A stretch of 64,000 nt of DNA. It comes from Candidatus Latescibacterota bacterium. GTDB lineage: Bacteria; Latescibacterota; UBA2968; UBA8231. Positions 55,216 to 64,000 of this stretch are shown piece after piece. The position numbers and the translations under genes are program-made. Location: positions 672,001-736,000 of the forward strand of contig OZ220089.1 of the NCBI GenBank assembly GCA_964291625.2, read 5' to 3'. Below the pieces are notes generated by a model that saw nothing but the letters and a program-made list of their open reading frames with translations, ran no database searches and was not told the DNA's origin. The first letter of the stretch is position 1; every line of letters starts with the position of its first letter.

Positions 55216-55656
55216 ATGACAGCTACGACGCCCAGACGGCCCGCGGTCTTCGACAGACCCCGGGCCGCTTGTCTTTGCGGATCCGTCCTCGCGGCCGCTG
55301 CCCTGCTGTGGCTGCCGGTCCGCCATGCCACCGCCTCTGCCGAGAGCCCCCCGGCAGAGGCGGTGCAGCAGGCGGCGGCAGAGCCCGTTCCCGTGGACAG
55401 CAGCGCCGTGGTGGCCGACTCCCTGGAGACCGCCACCATCGACAGCGCCGCCGTGGAGGCTAGTTCCGTCGACGCGCACACCTTGGACGCGACACCCCGG
55501 GCCGTGGGACTGCGGCCGCCGTTCTTGTCCAGGGGGCTCCGGCTGGACGGGTCGACAGGCATCCTGCGGGACGAGGACCTGCGGCGATGGAAGTGGACGT
55601 TCTTCCAGGTGGCCGAGCCATCGAGGGCCGCACCTGAGCGGGAGAACAGCAAGTAG
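55216..55656 (+). CDS. Hypothetical exported protein
   Basis: Hydrophobic signal-like segment followed by a low-complexity DS-rich region. Confidence 0.4.
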   Translation: MTATTPRRPAVFDRPRAACLCGSVLAAAALLWLPVRHATASAESPPAEAVQQAAAEPVPVDSSAVVADSLETATIDSAAVEASSVDAHTLDATPRAVGLRPPFLSRGLRLDGSTGILRDEDLRRWKWTFFQVAEPSRAAPERENSK

Positions 55657-55791
55657 CTTCCTCGAAGCAGGCCTGTACTCCCCCAGCTGACTTCCCTCCG
55701 CCTTCGCTACACCCACTCGGGACCTCCCACTGATCCTCGTCCTGGCGGAGCCAGCCCGACCTTCAAGATCGCGGGTAGGTAGCGCCTGCAT

Positions 55792-56427
55792 ATGACCATT
55801 GAGCGAATCGTAGCCCTGGCCGCACCCGGCGAGTCCGAGACGCTGGAGTTCAAGGCGACCACCGGAACGCGCCGTGAGGCGGCGATGACGGTGTGCGCTT
55901 TCCTGAACCAGGGCGGCGGTCAAGTGCTGTTCGGCGTGACCCCCGGTGGGGTCGTGGCTGGACAGCAGGTCAGTGAGCGCACGGTCGAGGAGTTGAGTGC
56001 CGAGCTTCCCCAAATCGACCCTCCGGCGTTCCCAACGGTCGAGCGGGTCCCCGTGGACGGCGGCCGTGAAGTTGTCGTGGTCAGTACCGGCCAGGGAGCT
56101 TCGAGACCGTGCGCGGCGGGGCTTCCCGCCCCGGAGATCGAGGATGACGGCGGGGCCGTCACCGTGCGGTTCCGGCACAGCCAGCTCGAGCCTCGGCCCA
56201 TGCCCAATGACGCAAGCGGGCCTGAAGGAAGGCAGCAGAGGATACTCGCGATGCTGGACGGCGTTGAGGATGGGCTGGCGCGGCGAGAGATTCGCGCACG
56301 TTTGGGGCCCGGCGTCAGCGAGCGCCAGGTGACCCGGGACCTGGAATCACTAAGGGAGCGTGTACTGATTGCTTCGTCCGGCCACGGGGCTTCGGCGCGG
56401 TGGAAGCGCGTCAGGAACAGCGCATAG
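55792..56427 (+). pseudogene. AlbA_2 (Schlafen-like)-wHTH protein with the central domain deleted
   Basis: ESETLEFK, VCAFLN..GG.VLFGV, then directly AGLPAPEI....VTVRF and a wHTH (RQVTRDLESL). Confidence 0.7.
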
Positions 56428-56434
56428 GACCCTT

Positions 56435-56610
56435 GGGGTCTATAGGGGGCTTATAGGGGGCCTATAGGGGCCTATAGGGGCGAGATGGGGGCGAGAATCC
56501 TCCCCGCCTTGGGTCCCGCCGTCAGCGAACGGAAGTGCGAAGGGCACTGGAGGAAACAGAGTCACCTTGGGGGCGTCTTGGGGGCGTCTTCGGGGGCGTC
56601 TTCGGGGGAG
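56435..56610. repeat. Two G-tract tandem repeat clusters
   Basis: Four TATAGGGG(G)C units at 56440-56481 and four TT(C)GGGGG(CGTC) units at 56566-56608. Confidence 0.8.
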
Positions 56611-56736
56611 ATTGCCAGCAAGGGCGACCGGCGAATCCGAGTCCCACCATGGAGAACCTCGCCTTGACAAGGCCGCAACGAACCCCCTGTTCCAGCAACG
56701 GCGAAGTCGACGACAACGGCTGAAGGGGCCAAGCCA

Positions 56737-57066
56737 ATGATCTCACAGGTTTCCCTGTCCAGAGCTGCGCTCACTGCTTTCCGTCAGAAGAGTGGCACCA
56801 AGCGGCTCTCCATCTTCGGCTCGGCCCTGCGAGAGGACTTCGGCCCCGAGAGCAACGTGGATGCGCTCGTCGGATTCGAGCCCGGCCGTACTCCTGGGCT
56901 GCCTGGAATCGCCGGCATGGAGCTGGCGCTGTCCGAGCTGTTCGCAGGCCGCAAGGTCGATCTGCGGACGGCAGAAGATCTGAGTCCCTACTTCCGACAG
57001 GAGGTCCTGGCCACGGCGGCAGTTCTGGCAGAGAGTGCAGGACGACCTGCCGGGGCTGATCGCTGA
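56737..57066 (+). pseudogene. MNT nucleotidyltransferase antitoxin, degenerate, no HEPN partner
   Basis: LSIFGSALREDF.PES(N)VD, where the catalytic DxD reads NxD; also GRKVDL and LSPYFR. Confidence 0.7.
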
Positions 57067-57166
57067 CCTGGAGCTGGGCACCGCCCACGAGTTGCTTCAC
57101 CTGCGTGTCCCCAACCAGGAGGCCGCAGGTGTCCGTAGACCAGCCTGACCAGGCCGCACCTTGCCG

Positions 57167-57370
57167 ATGAGGAACGCCACGAACCTCCCGGCTGGATGGG
57201 ACGAGCAGCGCGTCTAGCGCGTACTCAGGGACTACGAGTCCCTCAGCGAGGACGAAGAAATCGCAGAGGACGAGACCGCAGTCGAGAACTCCACTCAGAC
57301 GATTGATGGCAAGTCCCCAGGGGAGCCGGCGCCCGCGGTACGAGCCTTACTGCGGACCTCGCCGGATAGG
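57167..57370 (+). pseudogene. Small acidic protein remnant
   Basis: MRNATNLPAGWDEQRV*RVLRDYESLSEDEEIAEDE, with an in-frame TAG. Confidence 0.45.
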
Positions 57371-57411
57371 TTCGGGGCACTTCGGGGCACTAGGGATGGC
57401 GAAGATCGGCA

Positions 57412-57439
57412 TTGACTGACCCAGATTGACCGCTATATT
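57412..57439 (+). promoter_or_regulatory. Putative promoter giving a leaderless hsdM mRNA
   Basis: TTGACT-16 bp-TATATT with the ATG at 57446. No SD. ATTGAC is repeated at 57411 and 57425. Confidence 0.5.
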
Positions 57440-57445
57440 CCAAAC

Positions 57446-59299
<1,854 letters not shown>

Positions 59300-59319
59300 C
59301 ATCCCAAGGAGGCACGAGC

Positions 59320-59703
59320 ATGGGCCCAACGCACCTGACCGTCAGAATCACCAACCCTGCCGACCGGGACAGGTTCCCGGAAAGCCTCTTCCCGGTCGAC
59401 ACCGGCGCCACCGACTCCCTTGTCCCCAGGCCGCACCTAGAAGCCATCGGCCTGAAGCCCGAGGGGAAGCGCCTCTATCAGCTGGCCGATGGCAGCGATC
59501 TGTCCCTCGACGTCACCGTTGCCAAGATCGAATTCATGGGCGAGTTCGTCGGGGGGACCGTCATCTTCGGGGAGGCCGACGCGGAGCCCCTTCTGGGCGT
59601 GACCGCGCTGGAGTCCGTCGGCATCGAAGTGGATCCGGTGAACCAGCAGTTGAAGAGGCTGCCCGCCGTTCGGCTCAAGGCCGTGGCATTGAGTCGCAGA
59701 TGA
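59320..59703 (+). CDS. Clan AA aspartic protease
   Basis: RBS AAGGAGG, VDTGAT and EPLLGVTALES. Confidence 0.85.
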   Translation: MGPTHLTVRITNPADRDRFPESLFPVDTGATDSLVPRPHLEAIGLKPEGKRLYQLADGSDLSLDVTVAKIEFMGEFVGGTVIFGEADAEPLLGVTALESVGIEVDPVNQQLKRLPAVRLKAVALSRR

Positions 59704-60392
59704 GTCTCCTTGACGCAGTCGTATCTGCAAGCACCCGTGCTTGTCTGCGCGTAGGCGATGCATACGAGGTCACGCGCAAGCCCCGCCATCTTGACATGAC
59801 TTCGTCGCCGGAGATTCCGTTCGCGCCAATGGAGACGATTCCGCAGGGCGGGCTGTATGAGCCTGACTACATCCAGCGGGCGCCATCCGAGATCAGGAAC
59901 GGGACCTACTTCGAGCGTGGGGACATCCTCGTCGCCAAGATCACGCCGTCCTTCGAGAACGGGAAGCAGGCCCTCACCGCCGCACTGCCGGCGCCCTTCG
60001 GTGTGGCCACTACGGAGGTCATTCCCCTTCGGCCAAGAGGCTGTGGACAGGACCCGCGCTTCCTGTTCTTCTACCTGCTGCACCCCGAGATACGCCAGCA
60101 CGTCGCTAGCCGCATGGAGGGCTCCACCGGGCGACAGCGTGTGCCCGTGGAGGTCCTCCTTGATCTGCCTCTTCCTGCTTTCGGACCGCACGAGCAGCGC
60201 GCGATCGCAGACTCCTTGGAGGTGGTTCAGAGACTGAGTGCTCTCGACCTCCGCAAGCGCACAGTGCGAGAGGAGCTCTTCAAGGCGCTGCTCCACAAGC
60301 TGATGGCGGGGGAGTTGCGGGTGGAGGACTTGGACTTCACAAGGCCACCCAATCAAGAAGAGGCAAACAAAGCCACGGAGGCAGCGATATGA
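59700..60392 (+). CDS. hsdS: Half-size HsdS (single TRD, ~230 aa)
   Basis: F..GDILVAKITPSFENGK, GSTGRQRV, EQRAIA and LFKALLHKLM.GELRV. ATGA-coupled on both sides. Confidence 0.85.
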   Translation: MSLLDAVVSASTRACLRVGDAYEVTRKPRHLDMTSSPEIPFAPMETIPQGGLYEPDYIQRAPSEIRNGTYFERGDILVAKITPSFENGKQALTAALPAPFGVATTEVIPLRPRGCGQDPRFLFFYLLHPEIRQHVASRMEGSTGRQRVPVEVLLDLPLPAFGPHEQRAIADSLEVVQRLSALDLRKRTVREELFKALLHKLMAGELRVEDLDFTRPPNQEEANKATEAAI

Positions 60393-62350
60393 GGCTAACC
60401 CGAGTACGCATCCAGAACTTTCGAAGCATCATCGATTCAGATGAAATCGCAATTCGGGACGTGACCTGTCTAGTTGGCAAGAATGAGTCAGGCAAGACCG
60501 CCTTGCTCCAAGCTCTATACCGCTTGAATCCCATCATCGCATCTGAGGGTAACTTCGATGCTACGGATGACTATCCCCGCAGCTCCGTATCTGACTACGA
60601 GGAAGATGTCCAAGCTGGCAGACGTGAGCAGTCTGAGGTTGTTCAAGCCGTCTACGAACTTGACGAAGAGGACATCTCCGCTGTCAAGAGTACATTCGGC
60701 ACGAGCTGTTTCACCGCCGACGCCCCAGCAGTAACCCTCACCAAGGGGTATGGGAATGAACTCGAAGTAAGTGATTTAGATGTAGACTGCAAGGAGGCTT
60801 TGGGCCACCTTATAGAAGTCGCGGATCTCCCACAGCAAGTTGCAGGTGAGTTGAATCAGGTGGACTCGATCAGCGACATGGTTACGGTCCTCTCTGAAGC
60901 CGAACAAACCGAAGCAGTTTCTAATCTCACCCCCATTTTGGAGGGTGTCACTGAGTACGGACTTCCCCGGTACATCTTCGATGGAATCCTTAAGGATCGT
61001 TTGCCTGCCTTTCTCTATTTTGACGAATACTACCAGATGAAAGGGCAGGACAACCTCGATGCACTCAAGAGTCGCCTCGACACCAACACCCTCGATGAGT
61101 CTGACCACCCGCTCCTTGGACTCATGGATATCGCAGGACTGAGGATAGACGAGCTTGTTAACCCGGGCCGTACGGAAACACTGATCGCGCGTCTTGAAGC
61201 CGCTGAGAATCGACTTACACAGAAGGTTCTGACCTACTGGTCTCAAAACAAGCATCTGCGCATGAAATTCGACATCCGACCAGCGCAGCCAGGTGATGGT
61301 GCCGATATGACTTCCGGTACGAATGTTCTGGGACGCGTGGAGGATACGAAACACATGGTGAGTACGCCGCTTGGGACACGCTCGCGAGGCTTCGTCTGGT
61401 TTTTCTCATTCCTCGCCTGGTACTCCAAACTCCAAAGAGAAGGCAGGCGCCTTATCCTCCTTCTGGACGAACCCGGTCTGTCTCTCCATGGAAAGGCGCA
61501 AGGAGACCTTCTTCACTATTTCGAGGAAGAACTCAAGCCTCATCACCAGCTCTTGTACACGACTCATTCACCGTTCATGGTTGACTCACGGCACTTTGAT
61601 CGCGTCAGAATAGTCCAAGACCTGAGTATCGAGGCCGACTCGGCCGATCTGCCTTACGAGCAGCGAGGCACCAAGGTACTGACCGATGTGCTTGAGGCAA
61701 CCTCGGACAGTCTTTTCCCAATCCAGGGAGCTCTCGGCTATGAGATCTATCAATCGCTATTTGTCGGTCCAAACTCTTTGGTCGTAGAAGGTGTTTCCGA
61801 CCTGCTGTACATCCAAACCATTTCAGCACTCCTTCAGGAGCGAGGTCATCAAGGCCTGAGTCTCGACTGGACCATCACTCCTGTGGGTGGAGCCGATAAG
61901 ATCCTGACATTTGTCGCGTTAATGGGAGCGCAGTCCAACCTTAACATAGCAGTCCTAGTTGACTATCAGAAGAAGGATCATCAAAGCATAGAAAACCTCT
62001 ACAAGAGCAAACTACTCAACAAGAAGAAAGTGATCACCTTTGCAGACTTTTTGGGCGCTGCTGAAGCCGATGTAGAGGACATGTTTGACCCCGAGTTCTA
62101 TCTTGATCTGGTGAACGGAGAGTTCGGATCCGCTATTTCCATTGAAGATCTGACCCAGGAGCATCCTCGGATTCTCCGACGACTCGAGGGCTTTCTTGGA
62201 AAGAGCCCTCTTCCGGACGGTGTGGTCTTCAACCACTTTCGACCCGCTCGCTTCCTCGCTGAGAACATTGGCTCTCTTGGCGAGGAACTGAACGATGAGA
62301 CTCTCGATCGGTTCCAGCGGGCATTCGATGCGCTGAATCGCCTTCTGTAG
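60389..62350 (+). CDS. OLD-family ATP-dependent nuclease (ABC ATPase + TOPRIM)
   Basis: IQNFRSI, GKNESGKT, LLLDEPGLSLH, TTHSPF and TOPRIM LVVEGVSD. Lower GC. Confidence 0.82.
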   Translation: MRLTRVRIQNFRSIIDSDEIAIRDVTCLVGKNESGKTALLQALYRLNPIIASEGNFDATDDYPRSSVSDYEEDVQAGRREQSEVVQAVYELDEEDISAVKSTFGTSCFTADAPAVTLTKGYGNELEVSDLDVDCKEALGHLIEVADLPQQVAGELNQVDSISDMVTVLSEAEQTEAVSNLTPILEGVTEYGLPRYIFDGILKDRLPAFLYFDEYYQMKGQDNLDALKSRLDTNTLDESDHPLLGLMDIAGLRIDELVNPGRTETLIARLEAAENRLTQKVLTYWSQNKHLRMKFDIRPAQPGDGADMTSGTNVLGRVEDTKHMVSTPLGTRSRGFVWFFSFLAWYSKLQREGRRLILLLDEPGLSLHGKAQGDLLHYFEEELKPHHQLLYTTHSPFMVDSRHFDRVRIVQDLSIEADSADLPYEQRGTKVLTDVLEATSDSLFPIQGALGYEIYQSLFVGPNSLVVEGVSDLLYIQTISALLQERGHQGLSLDWTITPVGGADKILTFVALMGAQSNLNIAVLVDYQKKDHQSIENLYKSKLLNKKKVITFADFLGAAEADVEDMFDPEFYLDLVNGEFGSAISIEDLTQEHPRILRRLEGFLGKSPLPDGVVFNHFRPARFLAENIGSLGEELNDETLDRFQRAFDALNRLL

Positions 62351-62432
62351 CAGGCGGCGCGATAGGGGGCGATGGGGGCGCGAATCGGAATCCTGTGGGG
62401 CCCAGCGTCAACCGAATCCGAGGAGGAGGTCC

Positions 62433-64000
62433 ATGTCTCTCGCTACCCAGATCATTGACCAGCAGGTCTCCGGCATCCTCCAGAGACACGGGGAGGCCCA
62501 TGCCGAGGAATTGCGGCTGGGCACCGACGAACAGAAGAAACGTTCAGTAGCCTTCCTGTTCCTGGTCGCCGGAGCGGCATTCGATCTGGACGACGAGGAG
62601 ACGCTCGACGGCATTGTCGATGGTGGCAACGACTTCGGAGTCGATGGACTGTACTTCGAGCCACCCGACGACGGTGAGCTTCACATCACCTTGGTGCAGG
62701 GCAAGTACAGGGGTAATCTCGCAGGGGACGCGGCATTCCCCGAGAACGGTATCGCCGGGATGATCGACGCGATCGGCGCCCTCTTCGACCCGGCAAAGCC
62801 CGTAACCTTGAACCAGCGATTGGCCCAGCGCGTGGAGGACATACGTTCGCTGGTGGCGAATGGCGCGATTCCTCGGGTGACCGCGGTGGCCGCCAACAAC
62901 GGGGTCCGCTGGACAGTGGAGGCACAGCAGCGGATCGACCGCGCCACCGGGGAATTCGGAGGGCAGGTCGAGTGGCGTCACATCGGGGCCGATGAACTGC
63001 TGGCCCTGCTGCAGGCCCAGAAGCCGATCAGCGCCGAGCTTCGGTTTACCGGGCAGGCTACGGTCGAGACCTTCGACTTCCGCCGTGTCCTGATAGGGCG
63101 CATGTCGGTCGCGGAACTCGCGCGCCTGGCCCATGAGTACGACAACCTGCTCTTCGAGAGGAATATCCGCCGCTACCTAGGCCTCGCGGGAAACCGCGTG
63201 AACGAGGCGGTCGCCGCCACCCTCCGTGAGCCGGATCAGCGGTCGAACTTCTACTTCTACAACAATGGCGTCACGATCACCTGCTCCCAGTTCCGGCACA
63301 ACGCCCTTCAGCAGGAGAACTGGAGGGTCCAGGTAGATGGCCTGCAGATCGTCAACGGCGGGCAGACGGCCCGCGTCGTCCAGCAGGTAGCCGAGGAAGT
63401 CGGGCCCGAGATCGAAGCAGCGGAGGTTCTGGTCCGAATATACGAGCTTCCGCAGGACGACAGGGAGCTTGTCGAGGCGATTACCTTCGCCACGAACAGC
63501 CAGAATCCAGTCGATCTGAGGGATCTGAAGGCCAACGATCCGCGCCAGCAGGCCCTCGGCACTTCGATCGCCGGTCTGGGATACACGTACCGCGCCAAGC
63601 GCGAGGATCGGGCTGTATCCGCGGGGGAGTTCACTAGCGCCGCAGTCGCAGAAGCCGTGCTGGCGATCTGGCGGCACCGCCCGCATCAGGCGAGGTTCGG
63701 CAGGCGGCAACACTTCGGCGCGCTGTACGATACGATCTTCACCGCGGATCTGAACGGCGCCCAGGCCGTTCTGGCCGCCCTCCTGCTCAGGCATGCGGAG
63801 AATCGCCGGAGGAGACCCCCGGAGGACGCTCCGGACTTCCTTGCCTATGGTTCCCGCTACATCGCCATGCTGATGGGGCGCTATCTGCTCGAAGAGCTGG
63901 AGGTCGGGCTCGACGGCCTCGACCACCGGACCTTCGAGCCGGCGCTGAAGCTGGTCGAGCAGAAGTCGGACACTTATCTGCCTCGCGCCGAGGAAGCGAT
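62433..64000 (+). CDS. AIPR family protein, runs off the window end (absent from the ORF track)
   Basis: RBS GGAGGAGG. My translation gives DGGNDFGVDG...VQGKY, FERNIRRYLG, FYFYNNGVT, QIVNGGQT and ATNSQNPV. Confidence 0.88.
   Translation, partial: MSLATQIIDQQVSGILQRHGEAHAEELRLGTDEQKKRSVAFLFLVAGAAFDLDDEETLDGIVDGGNDFGVDGLYFEPPDDGELHITLVQGKYRGNLAGDAAFPENGIAGMIDAIGALFDPAKPVTLNQRLAQRVEDIRSLVANGAIPRVTAVAANNGVRWTVEAQQRIDRATGEFGGQVEWRHIGADELLALLQAQKPISAELRFTGQATVETFDFRRVLIGRMSVAELARLAHEYDNLLFERNIRRYLGLAGNRVNEAVAATLREPDQRSNFYFYNNGVTITCSQFRHNALQQENWRVQVDGLQIVNGGQTARVVQQVAEEVGPEIEAAEVLVRIYELPQDDRELVEAITFATNSQNPVDLRDLKANDPRQQALGTSIAGLGYTYRAKREDRAVSAGEFTSAAVAEAVLAIWRHRPHQARFGRRQHFGALYDTIFTADLNGAQAVLAALLLRHAENRRRRPPEDAPDFLAYGSRYIAMLMGRYLLEELEVGLDGLDHRTFEPALKLVEQKSDTYLPRAEEA

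Overview
GC-rich bacterial chromosome window. Three PhyH dioxygenases, two DUF4143 ATPases, two clan AA proteases and giant FN3/cadherin/WD40 proteins with FlgD-Ig tails suggest a Latescibacterota/Gemmatimonadota-like, possibly sponge-associated organism (inference only). Layout: (1) 1-11.1 kb, a type I-G (I-U) CRISPR-Cas locus: end of cas7/csb1, csb2, cas3 with C-terminal HD, a small cas8-like gene, separate cas4, cas1, cas2, and a 50-repeat array. (2) 11.5-36.5 kb, metabolic genes repeatedly interrupted by cargo: a TA remnant, an AAA-DUF4143 ATPase, an aspartic protease, an IstB remnant, a lipoprotein and a GNAT-PIN/ASCH operon. (3) 36.6-53.4 kb, an all-in-one hybrid kinase divergent from three secreted proteins, two of them giant metallopeptidase/adhesins. 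(4) 55-64 kb, tRNA-Glu followed by a defence cluster: HTH-HsdM, protease, half-size HsdS, OLD-like nuclease, and AIPR running off the window end. The most striking unexplained pattern is that at least four cargo blocks are each bracketed by an intact host gene on one side and a decayed copy of that same gene's end on the other, with no integrase in the window. All calls come from reading motifs by eye; no database searches were run.
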